From Candidatus Eiseniibacteriota bacterium (lineage in GTDB: Bacteria; Eisenbacteria; RBG-16-71-46; JABDJR01): a DNA stretch of 64,000 nucleotides. How positions within the stretch are numbered: the stretch's first letter is position 1; the number at the start of each line of letters is the position of its first letter. The DNA lies in the NCBI GenBank assembly GCA_963783375.1, contig CAWANH010000001.1, forward strand, positions 160,001 through 224,000, given 5' to 3'. Made by a program: the position numbers and the translations under genes. Below the pieces are notes generated by a model. It was not told the DNA's origin, did no database searches, and saw nothing but the letters and a program-made list of their open reading frames with translations. Shown here piece by piece: positions 49,801 to 59,062 of the stretch.

Positions 49801-49837
49801 ATCGAGACACGCGGCATCGGCGTGGCGGGGAAGACAT
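46835..49837 (-). CDS. FG-GAP/VCBS-repeat membrane protein with a C-terminal HATPase (atypical sensor kinase)
   Basis: Signal peptide, six or more D(L/D)DGDG repeats, TM AAVGLLVVFATVLLV, ELISNAVK, IEVWDDG, RGLALL; start uncertain. Confidence 0.75.
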   Translation of the reverse strand: MSSPPRRCRVSRWCLAWSILMATGLAGAPNLAAQPFRDIVPRSARDWRLESRQGDCPVTVSLGRVGEDPIWVFQSDSCATEVGGQVDFGLLFSDFGIPPQPPEQAEYWMWKWFVRNTDTADRVTLDIVDEFGHSMRLATSHALYDYTDDFFNIPDRYDYAWTTLSDAYAYSRIKSAAPLDTLGKIVGLRFGFCLPDNQETWLGTISFSPAREHPVPRFPRAHLEHVAEGRCLVADLDGDGVSEVVTPWMVGGKLWRYDRAASRFVLVQAEGDLGRSRPLHLAVAGDLDGDGDLDLVASDPNDSTLWVLTNRRGGFAGDTLVVHLPEVGAMLSAMTLADDDGDGRLDLFLGYHLMGNNDHLRIWRLEGEGGSGFGPPRGLAESGYPNLRGTYFLTLADLDGDGRLDLVSAAPGCGLRVFPGRGGGAYGPPAVLDLLMGTAFLRAVQVMDLDGDGRLDLFLSFNAKVNATPISGQNRLYLNRGGLRFDERAWAWGLQGDGWTQDASFTEMNGRDGPELVLLDDRRGIVVYDLGETVRSARAGGPVIPARGRVLDLDPRSTSGVSQFALQDLDGDGTVEAILSREDGISIVKLPGTGPVRRISVRGLGPGSDGIGATLVGRDAVPWRLPILSNHRVGPAPILVAASERVGLDESSVPADSADLVAGGMDRLDPRGPISGFSRFRAWLRHRAPHLWEYPWAASHDPIGRAAVGLLVVFATVLLVGRIRRGAAARTEDQSWADLLTRIGLSSHARWRRSVAGMLRIVREFRLEAESAGNREALRREILPRLESAMPTEVVESLRRGIEIAEMLGLEGARSARSALRSLDAARHGDLSDLDRLLTEGRTLENSMSLIQRALADRYSADAERTLNRVVEYCGLGGNGSTRVIFEAGDSSPSRQFPMRADDLFVCLEELISNAVKKDPPPGIIRVRVGMQGGTSAVIEVWDDGAPVVVERAREARPGTRRGLALLERLLLPYRGRLELRDDVSGGVSAEIQVPCYDLY

Positions 49838-50400
49838 GTACGGCCTCGGGAGTTGGCAAACCGGAGCGACCGGGAACCGGCAGGCCCGACACTCATCGCG
49901 CAGGGATTCTTGACGAATCGACGCATCTTCGCGGGGGAATGCGAAGCGGGGGAGATCATATCTCAAACCAACGCCGCGATGAAACCCGCCGGCGGAGAAA
50001 TCCGGGACGAATCAACCGGCCTCGAAAAAGGTTCTGGCGCCTCGGACGACCCCGGAACGGAGCAAAGCGTCCGGCCCTTCCCCCAAAGACACGCACGAAG
50101 TGCGCGCCTGGACCGCGATGCCTACTCCCCCCGAAGTCTCCTCGGCGCCAGAACACCGACTCGATGCTTCACTCCGGCCATGCAATAACTCGGCGGGACA
50201 ACATCAAGTTGCCTCCTGCCACCCATTCCTGTCCATCTCAACCCCCGCATTCACCGTCTCAATCTTGAGAATCGCGTGCGGGTTCTGAAGCTCGGGGACC
50301 GTCTCGGGCCGCCCACCGGTGGGACGCCCCTCCTCCGTGGCCGAGAGGCCCGGCGGACGGGCCTGCTCTCCCGGCGGCCCGCGCCGCCGCGGCCTCGCCC

Positions 50401-53331
50401 TCAGCGCCCGCCGGAGAGAGCGACGGGGAGGACGAGCCGGATCCGCTTCTCCTTCTCGTCCGTGAAGCGCACCTGGCCGTAGTTGACCATGCCGTCCGGG
50501 GCCTCCCGGGGTGGATGCGCCAGCTCCAGGGTGAGATCCACCGGCGCGTCGGGCCAGAGATCGAAGACCTCGCGCGTCTCCTGGACGACCCGGATGAGAT
50601 CGCGTTCCTTCCGGACGTAGGACTCCCTCAGCCGAAATCCCCAGCTCGAGTCCGAATCGGCGAAGGTGAAGCCCGCCCACACCTCGAGGGTATAGGTGGC
50701 GGGAGCCTTGGCGCCGGGGGATGGATTGGCGAAACCGAAGTCCAGGAACCGCTGGCCGAATCCGGTGTTCACCAGGGCCTTCCCGTCCGCGTCGAGAACC
50801 CGCACCGCGCAGTCGGTAAGGCGGTCGTAAACCTCAGGGGTCATCTCCAGGTGGAACTCGGCCCGGGCCAGCTCCGCGTTCATCCTGAACTCGCTCCTCC
50901 AGACGCTCTCTCCCCGGACCACGACCGCGCGCTCCCGGCGGTAACCCGCCACCTCGCCCTCCGCCCGCCCCCGGAAACGATCGTCGAGGAGGTTGGTGAC
51001 CGAGACCCGGGCGGTGGGGGCCGTCCCCTGGGGCATGGTGAAGACCCGGAGCGTGTCCGGTTCGGTCCGGTAGCCTTCGGCCCGGGCCGCGAGTTCCCAG
51101 GCGCTCGAGAAGCGGTTCCGGTAGGAGGCCACCACGTCCGCCTCCCAGATTCCCGGCCGGAGCTTCTCGCCGGTGACCACCAGCACGTCGCGGCTGGCTT
51201 CCGCCCCGTCGGCCCAGCCCCGGTATCCCCCGGTGGAACGGCCCTGGGGATCGTAGACCACGAGCCGCACCTTCCCCCGCTTCCCGTCGGGGATCCGGAG
51301 TTCCAGCGAAAGGCTGGTGGCGCCGGGGGGAAGGCGGAGGAAGAAGCGGCGCACCCCGCCCGGCTCGAGGTCGCTCCCGTTCCACGTGCGTTGGTAGCCC
51401 TTTTCCGCGTCCAGCGCGAAGGGCACGATCACCGTATGCCAGGACTCCCACTCCGGCGCCCGGGGACCGGGCATGCCCTTGGCGAAGGCGCGGATCCGGC
51501 CCACGTAGAGCCCGGGCTCCCGGAGCCGCTCGGGGTCGTAGAAGACGGTGAAGCTCTGCTTCGCGGTCCCCTTGAGATAGGTCTCGGAGCGATCCGCCTG
51601 GAGCCAGGGCGCGTTGCTCTCGAGTTCGAAGGCGCGAAAGAAGGCGTTTCGCTCGTCCGGAGACGCCGAGTCCTCGAAGGCGGGGGCTACCGTCACCTCC
51701 ACCCCGTGGGGGGGGCGCGGAAAGATTCCGCCGGTCCGCCAGTATGCGGCCAGGGGCGTGGCATCGGAAGGTATGGGGGCGTCGGCGCTCACCCGGTAGG
51801 CGAGGAGCGGCGAATCCACCCGGCCGGCCAGCCCGCGGAGCGCCGTCCAGGCCTCGGGCACCCGGATCACCCCCGACCCCTGGTCCAGGGCGGTGAACCC
51901 GGAGAGCGGTTCGGCCGTCCCCTCGACCGCCTGGTCGAGAGTCGCCCAGGACCACGCCGTCCCCTCCGCCTCCGCCGCCGAAACCAGCAACGCCATGGCT
52001 CCCGCGGCCTGGGGCGAAGCCATGCTGGTTCCCCACATGACGATCCCTCCGGCGTAGGGGGGAACGGCGGATGCGGCCGCGCCCGGGGCGAGCGCGTCGG
52101 GCTTGGGGGTGTCGCCGCCCCGGGAGGAGAAGTGGAAGGGGAGGCTCCGCTCCAGGCTCCCCCCGTAGAGGTTCCGCGAGGTCTCCTTCACGAAGAGCGC
52201 CCCGGTGGCGAAGGCGAAGGCCCCGGCGCCGGGAGTCCCCACCGTGGACACCCCCGGCCCGTCGTTTCCGGCCGAGGTCACGTAGACCAGCCGCGGATGG
52301 GCGACCAGGAAGGAGTCCACGAAGGCGTCGATCCGGCTGTGCCCTTCCACCTCGGACCCGATGCCGTAGGACATGTTGAACACCACCGGCACCCCGTGCT
52401 CCTTCGCCCACGCCGCCCCGAACTCCAGCGCCTTCTTCACGCTCCCGGTGGTGGTGGCCCCTCCGCTCAGGCTGTTCATCCCGATCTTGAGGCTCAACAC
52501 CCCGGCCCCCGGGGCCACGCCGTCGTAACCCTCGACCCCGCCCAGCCGGTAGCCGGCGGCGATCCCCGCCACGTGCGTCGCGTGGGCGCCCCCGGGAAAG
52601 TGAAATTCCACCTTCTTCTCGGCGGGGAGAATGGTGAGCGCCCCGGTCTGCCGGTGGAGCGCGGCCTCGTCGGTATTGGAGCGGAAGCGCAGGGTCCGGT
52701 GATCGTAACGATAGGAGCGGATGGGGGTCTCGTCGTCCAGGTTGCCGTCGCCGTCCAGGTCGACCAGGGCCACCCAGTCGCTGTCCGAGGCCTCGACCCG
52801 GGTGGGAACGGCCAGGACCGCGAACCGGTCCCCGGTCCTTCCGTTGTCGTTGAGATCGAAGATGGCCGTGTTCTGGTATTGCTTCTCGGCCAGGAATCCC
52901 AGACGGTAGACCCCGTCGGCGGGAACGACCGGCAGGTTCGCCACCCCGAACACCCGTCTCCCGATTCCGTCCTTGAGCGACGGCCGGCCGTCCACGGTGT
53001 CGAACGCGGCGACGGTCCAGCTCACGTCCCCGGTCCCCGAGAAGTCGCGGGCGTCGAGGATCTTGACCGTCCCCGCGGGGGTGGTGAGCAGACCTACGGT
53101 GCCGAGATCGACTCCGGTGTCCATGACTCCGATCACCACGCCGCGTCCGTCCCACTCCGGATGGGCGCGGCGGAAGGCCAGGGCGCCGATGACGTCGGTG
53201 GGGAGGAAGCTCCAGTCGTCGAGGGCCGGTTCGGTGGGCCCGGTCCGCGGCGCGGCCGCGACGACGGGACGAGACATCGCGTCCAGACAGAGAAGGAGCA
53301 CCAGCGTGGACACGAGCCGCATCCGAGTCAT
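50401..53331 (-). CDS. S8 serine peptidase, tripeptidyl-peptidase II-like, with signal peptide
   Basis: DGRGVVIGVMDTGVD, long D-to-H insert, GGAHATHVAGI, SAGNDGPG, GTSMASP. Confidence 0.88.
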   Translation of the reverse strand: MTRMRLVSTLVLLLCLDAMSRPVVAAAPRTGPTEPALDDWSFLPTDVIGALAFRRAHPEWDGRGVVIGVMDTGVDLGTVGLLTTPAGTVKILDARDFSGTGDVSWTVAAFDTVDGRPSLKDGIGRRVFGVANLPVVPADGVYRLGFLAEKQYQNTAIFDLNDNGRTGDRFAVLAVPTRVEASDSDWVALVDLDGDGNLDDETPIRSYRYDHRTLRFRSNTDEAALHRQTGALTILPAEKKVEFHFPGGAHATHVAGIAAGYRLGGVEGYDGVAPGAGVLSLKIGMNSLSGGATTTGSVKKALEFGAAWAKEHGVPVVFNMSYGIGSEVEGHSRIDAFVDSFLVAHPRLVYVTSAGNDGPGVSTVGTPGAGAFAFATGALFVKETSRNLYGGSLERSLPFHFSSRGGDTPKPDALAPGAAASAVPPYAGGIVMWGTSMASPQAAGAMALLVSAAEAEGTAWSWATLDQAVEGTAEPLSGFTALDQGSGVIRVPEAWTALRGLAGRVDSPLLAYRVSADAPIPSDATPLAAYWRTGGIFPRPPHGVEVTVAPAFEDSASPDERNAFFRAFELESNAPWLQADRSETYLKGTAKQSFTVFYDPERLREPGLYVGRIRAFAKGMPGPRAPEWESWHTVIVPFALDAEKGYQRTWNGSDLEPGGVRRFFLRLPPGATSLSLELRIPDGKRGKVRLVVYDPQGRSTGGYRGWADGAEASRDVLVVTGEKLRPGIWEADVVASYRNRFSSAWELAARAEGYRTEPDTLRVFTMPQGTAPTARVSVTNLLDDRFRGRAEGEVAGYRRERAVVVRGESVWRSEFRMNAELARAEFHLEMTPEVYDRLTDCAVRVLDADGKALVNTGFGQRFLDFGFANPSPGAKAPATYTLEVWAGFTFADSDSSWGFRLRESYVRKERDLIRVVQETREVFDLWPDAPVDLTLELAHPPREAPDGMVNYGQVRFTDEKEKRIRLVLPVALSGGR

Positions 53332-53438
53332 GTGCCTACCTCGCGAAAGGGGTCTTCCGGGTCGAAGGCACATACCATAGCCTCGGGGGGAGAGGCCAGC
53401 AAGGCCCGGCCGACCGCCCCCGAGGCTCCGCCGTTGGC

Positions 53439-55607
53439 TCAGGCGGCTTCGCGGGTCGACGACCCCGAGGAACGCCCGTCCGTCCCATCCAGGAGGTTCC
53501 GCACCGCCCGGGAGAGATCATCGGGGGAGTAGGGTTTCCCCAGGAACGCCCGCGGACCCGGAGCCAGGCCGTCGGCCAGGGCATCGCCCGGATACCCGGA
53601 GCTGTAGATCACCCGGGTCTCGGGATGGATCCGGACCAGCCGCCGCGCCAGCTCCTCGCCGCTCATCCCGGACATGACCAGATCGGTCACCATGAGATGG
53701 ATGGGCTCCGCATGGGCGGCGGCGACCTCCAGGGCCTCCTCCCCGCTCAGGGCGTCTAGCACGGCGTACCCGTCGCTCACGAGCACTTCCCGGGCCAGTT
53801 CGCGCACCGCGTCGTCGTCCTCGACCAGGAGGAGGGTTTCGAATCGTCTCGTGGGCCTCGCCATCACTTCGTGCTCGATTCTCTGCGGCTTCGCCGCCGG
53901 CGCGGCGGTCGCGCGCGGAAGGTACACCTTGAAGCGGGCGCCCTCGCCCCGCCGGCTCTCCACCTGGATTCCTCCCCCGCTCTGCCTCACGATGCCGTAG
54001 ACCGTCGAGAGGCCCAGCCCGGTCCCCTTGGCCGGGGCCTTGGTGGTGAAGAACGGTTCGAAGATGCGATCCAGAATCGCGGGCTCGATTCCCTCCCCGG
54101 TGTCCTCCACCGAAACCGTGACGTAGTCGCCGGGGGGGCACGAGTGATCCGCGCACCGGCACGTTCCCTCGGTGATCCGGCTGCGGCCGGTGAGGATCCG
54201 TATCCGTCCCCCGCCGGGCATCGCGTCCCGGGAGTTCACGACCAGGTTCATGAGAACCTGCTCCAGCTGGACGCGATCCGCCCTCACCACCACCGACTCC
54301 TCTCCCAGCCGGGTCTCCAGGCTCAGGTTCTCCCCCACCAGGCGGCGGAGCATGACCGCCATGTCGGCCACCACCTCGTTCACGTCGAGCAGTTCGGGAC
54401 GGAGCACCTGCTTGCGGCTGAAGGCCAGGAGTTTCCGGGTGAGGGACGCCGCTCGCCCGGCCGCCCGGATGATCTGTTCCATCGGCGCCCGGAGGGTGGA
54501 TTCCGGTTCGGTCCGCGACCTGGCGATCTCGGCGTAGCCGGATATCGCGGTGAGGAGGTTGTTGAAGTCGTGGGCCACTCCCCCGGCCAGCCTGCCGATC
54601 GCCTCCATCTTCTGGGCCTGCCTGAGCTCCTCCTCCCTACGTTCCAGGGCTTCCGCGGTCCGCTTCCGTTCGATCAACACCGCGAGGTAGCCGCCCAGGC
54701 TCTCCACCCAGCGGACCAGTCGGTCGGAGACCCGCACCGTGTCCGGGTTGGCCAGGCTCAGGGCGCCGAAGGTCTTCCTCTCGAAGGTCAGGGGGACGGA
54801 GATGAAGGTCCGGATCCGCTCCGCCCGGAGCATCGGGTTTCCGAATTCCACCCGGCTCAGGGCATCGCATTCGACCAGGGTCCGCCCGCTCTCGATCACC
54901 AGCCCGGAAAGGGTCTCGTTCCGGGGGATTCTGAGCTCCCCGTCGATGCCGCCGGGAGCCAGTCCGTGGAAGCCCATGAACACCATGACGTCCGCGTCGG
55001 GGTCGTGGAGCTCGACGGTCACGATCGGGAAACCGGTGTTGACGGAGATCTCCCGGGTGATCTCCCGATAGGCCCGATCGATGTCCGGCTCGAGGCGGAT
55101 GATCTCGGCGATGCGGTGGAAGGTGCTGAGTTGGCGATGTCCCAGGCTCAGAGCCGACTCGGTGTTCCGGGCTTCGGTGACGTCGCGGCAGACGAACACC
55201 GTCCCCGAGACCGAGCCGGATTCGTCCAGCAGCGGCCGGCCGGAGACCGAGATCCATCGCTCGGCTCCTCCCTCCCCGCTCACCGCGAGCTCGAGACCGG
55301 CACTGATCGTCGTCGCGTCGCCGTCCACGCCGCCGTCGTTCCCGATGAGGAGGGGGATCAGGGCGTCGGGAAGGTCGGGGGCACGGTCGGATCCTTCGGT
55401 TCCCAGCAGGCTCCGGGCGGCGGCGTTTCCGAATCGTACGCGACCGTCGGTTCCCACCAGGAGAACCGCGTCCCGCATCGCATCAAGAACCGAACCCAGA
55501 GGTCCGTCCATGGCGAACTCGCTCAACCGCGTGTCCTTTCCGCCCTCCGGTTCGGGATGTACCGCCCCGATCACCCCTGGGAATCCAGTCCCTCTTTCGG
55601 AGTCCAT
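53439..55607 (-). CDS. cytoplasmic hybrid histidine kinase (PAS-GAF-HisKA-HATPase-REC)
   Basis: [59 protein letters not shown]. Confidence 0.93.
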   Translation of the reverse strand: MDSERGTGFPGVIGAVHPEPEGGKDTRLSEFAMDGPLGSVLDAMRDAVLLVGTDGRVRFGNAAARSLLGTEGSDRAPDLPDALIPLLIGNDGGVDGDATTISAGLELAVSGEGGAERWISVSGRPLLDESGSVSGTVFVCRDVTEARNTESALSLGHRQLSTFHRIAEIIRLEPDIDRAYREITREISVNTGFPIVTVELHDPDADVMVFMGFHGLAPGGIDGELRIPRNETLSGLVIESGRTLVECDALSRVEFGNPMLRAERIRTFISVPLTFERKTFGALSLANPDTVRVSDRLVRWVESLGGYLAVLIERKRTAEALERREEELRQAQKMEAIGRLAGGVAHDFNNLLTAISGYAEIARSRTEPESTLRAPMEQIIRAAGRAASLTRKLLAFSRKQVLRPELLDVNEVVADMAVMLRRLVGENLSLETRLGEESVVVRADRVQLEQVLMNLVVNSRDAMPGGGRIRILTGRSRITEGTCRCADHSCPPGDYVTVSVEDTGEGIEPAILDRIFEPFFTTKAPAKGTGLGLSTVYGIVRQSGGGIQVESRRGEGARFKVYLPRATAAPAAKPQRIEHEVMARPTRRFETLLLVEDDDAVRELAREVLVSDGYAVLDALSGEEALEVAAAHAEPIHLMVTDLVMSGMSGEELARRLVRIHPETRVIYSSGYPGDALADGLAPGPRAFLGKPYSPDDLSRAVRNLLDGTDGRSSGSSTREAA

Positions 55608-55770
55608 CGACCGGGCGACGCGGGTCTTGAGGTATGGAAACCGGGAGTCATGCGGATTCCATATTGAGTTTCAAGGGATCGAAAATGCGAGCGGAATGGC
55701 AATTTCTTGGCGCGGGAACGGGTGAATTGGGGGGGATCCCCCGGCCGGGCCGGACGCTCAGGACCGTGGA

Positions 55771-56946
55771 CTACGGCTGCACCCGGATCCGGGGAACGTG
55801 CTCGGCGATCCGGGCGAGGACCTCGTAGGGGATGGTGCCGCACCAGCCGGCGAGGTCCTCGGCTCGAATCCGTTCGTCGCCCTGGGCCCCCATGAGAACC
55901 ACCTCGTCCTCCAGCGCGACTTCGGGGAGATGGGTCACATCCACCATGGTGACGTTCATGCACACCCGGCCGCGAACCGGGGCGCGGCGCCCCCGGATCA
56001 AAACGTGGCCCACGTTGCTCAGCCCGCGATCGAAACCGTCGGCGTAGCCCAGGGGAAGCACCGCGATCCGGCTGGCCACCGGGGCCCGCCACGAACAGCC
56101 GTATCCCACGTAGGCGCCGGCGGGGACGTCCTTCACCTGGGCCACCCTGGTCTTCCAGGCCAGCGCCGGTTTCAGATCCATGGCTGCGTCCTCGACGTGG
56201 TTGGCCGAGACCCGGGTTTCCTTGCTGGGCCAGATGCCGTAGGAGGAGATTCCCACCCGGGCCATCGCGAAGTGGGATTCGGGGAAGAGGATCGCCGCCG
56301 CCGAACAGGCGGCGTGGGGAACCGGCACCTCCACCCCCGCCTCGCGAACCCGGCCCAGGGCGCGGCCGAACCGTTCCAGCTGTTCCCCGGCGTAGCTGTG
56401 ATCGGTGGTGTCCTCGATGTTGGCGAAGTGGGTGGTGAGGCCTTCGAGCCGGAGACCGGGCAGGGACTGCACCAGGCGCACGTAGTCCAGCAGCTCGTCC
56501 TCGGGGATGCCGTAACGATGGGTGCCGGTCTCCACCTTGAGGTGCACCCGGCACTCCCTTCCCCGTTCCGTGGCGGCCCGGGAGAGCGCGGCGAGGCTCT
56601 CGCGATTGAACACCACCGGACTCCCCTCGGCGTCAACCACGGTTTCCCAGGCGTTCAGGGGAACGTACCCCAGCACCAGCACCGGGAGCCGGACCCCGGC
56701 GTCGCGCACCTGGGCGAGCTCATCCACCGAGATCACCGCCAGCCGGTGGACGATCCCCGAGGCCTCGTCCTCGCGGGCCACCAGCTCCAGGCCGTGCCCG
56801 TAGGCGTTGGACTTGACCACGTGGGCCAGCTCCACCCCCGGCCCAAGCCGGCGGCGGAAGGCGTGCAGGTTGGCCAGGAGGGCGGCGGTGTCGATCTCGA
56901 CCCAGGTCAGGGCGGTTCGGCCGGCGCGGCGTTGCCAGGGTTTCAT
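55771..56946 (-). CDS. alr: alanine racemase
   Basis: VVKSNAYGHG, HLKVETG, THFA, VGYG, GYADG, GRVCMN, GTIPYE. Confidence 0.95.
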   Translation of the reverse strand: MKPWQRRAGRTALTWVEIDTAALLANLHAFRRRLGPGVELAHVVKSNAYGHGLELVAREDEASGIVHRLAVISVDELAQVRDAGVRLPVLVLGYVPLNAWETVVDAEGSPVVFNRESLAALSRAATERGRECRVHLKVETGTHRYGIPEDELLDYVRLVQSLPGLRLEGLTTHFANIEDTTDHSYAGEQLERFGRALGRVREAGVEVPVPHAACSAAAILFPESHFAMARVGISSYGIWPSKETRVSANHVEDAAMDLKPALAWKTRVAQVKDVPAGAYVGYGCSWRAPVASRIAVLPLGYADGFDRGLSNVGHVLIRGRRAPVRGRVCMNVTMVDVTHLPEVALEDEVVLMGAQGDERIRAEDLAGWCGTIPYEVLARIAEHVPRIRVQP

Positions 56947-57575
56947 GGCCGGCGGAGGCTGACCCCGACGCCGTCCCGCACCGGCATCAGGCTGGACAGG
57001 TATCCGGCGTCGTCCCACATGAGTCTAAGGTACTCCCGGACCCCCTCGGTGGGCTCGTCGGAGAGGCCCTCGGCCACCCGGCCGCTCCACACCAGGTTGT
57101 CCACCACGGCCAGGCCGCCCGGCTTCACCCGGTCGCGAAAGATGCGGTAGCCCTCGGGATACTGCTCCTTGTCGATGTCCATGAACACGATGTCGAATTC
57201 GCCGGGGGTGCGCTTCAGGATCTCACGGGCATCGCCGGTGGTGAAGACCACCCGGTCGAGAAGGCCGGCCTGGGAGAGGTATTCCCGGGCCCGCTCCGTG
57301 TTCCCGGGGTTTCCGTCGGTGTGATAGACCCGGCCGTCCGGTCCCACCGCGCGGGCGAACCAGAGGGTGGAGTAGCCGAATCCCGACCCCATCTCGAACA
57401 CCCGCTTCGCTCCGGAGACCGTGGCGAGCTGGAAGAGCAACCGGCCCACCTCGGGGCCGACGATGGGGAATCCGCGCTCGCGGGCCTCGGCGTGCATGGC
57501 GGCGAGGACCGGATCGTCCGGGACATCGGCCAGGTTCCGGAGCCATTCAGCAACGTCGTCGCGTATGAAACCCAT
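56943..57575 (-). CDS. O-methyltransferase (CCoAOMT-like)
   Basis: FEMGSGFGYS, FDIVFMDIDK, VVDNLVWSG, DGV. Confidence 0.9.
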   Translation of the reverse strand: MGFIRDDVAEWLRNLADVPDDPVLAAMHAEARERGFPIVGPEVGRLLFQLATVSGAKRVFEMGSGFGYSTLWFARAVGPDGRVYHTDGNPGNTERAREYLSQAGLLDRVVFTTGDAREILKRTPGEFDIVFMDIDKEQYPEGYRIFRDRVKPGGLAVVDNLVWSGRVAEGLSDEPTEGVREYLRLMWDDAGYLSSLMPVRDGVGVSLRRP

Positions 57576-57692
57576 GCGGTCCTCCGTGGCGGCCGCGCGG
57601 ACGGACCGGAGAGCGGGCGCGGTCGGGGTTCAGGGGGGAGGGTCGATCGGACCGGGGGGAGGAGAGTTGCCGAAGGCCCCGCGCTTCCGGCA

Positions 57693-58100
57693 TCAATAGC
57701 GAGGCAGGCTCGGGTCCACCTGGACCGCCCAGCGGTCCACGCCGCCGGCCAGGCTCTTCACCTGCTCGTAGCCCAGATCCCAGAGCACCATGGCGGCATC
57801 CATGCTCCGGATCCCGTGATGACAGTAGAGAACGATTTCGTCCAGAGGGTCGAGGTCCTCTTCGGCGCGATACTCCAGCTCGCTCAGCGGAACATGGAGC
57901 GAGCCGGGGATCGAGGCGATGTTCGCCTCCCAGGGCTCCCGGACATCCACGAGGACGATGGGATCCCCCACGTCCAGGCGCCGGCGAAGCTCGAGAGGGG
58001 TGATCTCCCAGGCATCCACCTTGTCCGTGTTGAGACGTTCCGCTCCCTTCCAGTCGGATGGCCACCAGGACCAGTTGCTGTCCGAAGGGGTCGAGCGCAT
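57693..58100 (-). CDS. single-domain rhodanese-like protein
   Basis: LVDVREPWE, YCHHGIRS, LAGGVDRW, VDPSLPRY. Confidence 0.88.
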   Translation of the reverse strand: MRSTPSDSNWSWWPSDWKGAERLNTDKVDAWEITPLELRRRLDVGDPIVLVDVREPWEANIASIPGSLHVPLSELEYRAEEDLDPLDEIVLYCHHGIRSMDAAMVLWDLGYEQVKSLAGGVDRWAVQVDPSLPRY

Positions 58101-58305
58101 TCCTGTCGTTCCTTCCTGGCCGGGTGGGGCCGGTCCAAATGGCCGGCCACGTCTCGATCGGGTCCGGGGGCCAGAGACCCCCGTCCAAGTGGTAATGATA
58201 CCCCGAACCCGGGGGGGGAGTCCCGTTCTTCCTGGGAACGCCCCGAGTTCCTTTTAAGCTATTGATCGACAACAGATTGCAATTCAGGACCGAACCAATC
58301 CGGAA

Positions 58306-58872
58306 TCAACCCTCCAGGACCGCGGCCGCCCCCTGAACCAGGGTCTGCTCGATCGCCTCGGGCCCGCCCTCCACCAGTCCCTGGCGCTCGAAGAACGCCA
58401 GGCGAATGGCCATCCCCAGGAGCAACGCCGTCTTGGCCCCGACCGCCCCCCCCGGGATCTCCCCCGCCTCCATGGACCGGGCCAGCTCCCGCTGAACCAC
58501 GTCCCGGGGCTTGGGATGGGAAACCAGCCACCGGGCGTAGTCCGAGTGGAAGACCTGGAAGAGGTAGGCGTACTCCCCGGGGCGGGCCCGGGCGAAGCGC
58601 ACCAGCCCCAAGAGCGCCCCCAGAACCCGCTCCGGCGGCCTCTCCCGCCGGACGACCTCGGCCTCCATGGCTTCGAGGAATGCCCGGTAAGCCTCGTCGA
58701 AGAGCTCGTGGGCCAACTCCTCCTTTCCGGGCCAGTGCTTGTAGATGGCCGCCTGGGAGCACCGGGCGCGACGGGCGATTTCCTGGGTGGTCGTCCCGGC
58801 CACCCCCTTTCGCGCCAGAAGCTCCACCGCGGCCTTCCGGATCCGGTCCCGCGCCCCTTTCGTCTCAGTCAT
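58306..58872 (-). CDS. TetR/AcrR-family transcriptional regulator
   Basis: RDRIRKAAVELL, TTTQEIARRARCSQAAIYKHWPGKEEL. Confidence 0.92.
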   Translation of the reverse strand: MTETKGARDRIRKAAVELLARKGVAGTTTQEIARRARCSQAAIYKHWPGKEELAHELFDEAYRAFLEAMEAEVVRRERPPERVLGALLGLVRFARARPGEYAYLFQVFHSDYARWLVSHPKPRDVVQRELARSMEAGEIPGGAVGAKTALLLGMAIRLAFFERQGLVEGGPEAIEQTLVQGAAAVLEG

Positions 58873-58890
58873 CACGATCCCCTCCACCTT

Positions 58891-58910
58891 GTGAGTGAAC
58901 ATTTACTTAC
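58891..58910. promoter_or_regulatory. candidate TetR operator
   Basis: Imperfect palindrome GTGAGTGAA-CA-TTTACTTAC between tetR and lpdA; TTGACA on the minus strand at 58927-58932. Confidence 0.55.
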
Positions 58911-59062
58911 CTCACGGCCGACCGCTTGTCAACCTCGGAACCGTGGAGTACCCTTCTTCCTACGGGCGCACTCATCCTGGCCTCCGCGCCCTCCCGCAAA
59001 ACCATCATCTTCGCCGGCCCTGGCCTGCATCAGCCGGCGCGCCCGGGGGGAAGGAGCACGAC

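Noticed and set aside
50182-50198. sigma54-like element CCGCCGAGTTATTGCA on the minus strand upstream of the FG-GAP kinase
   Set aside because: The -12 matches but the invariant GG at -24 is missing.
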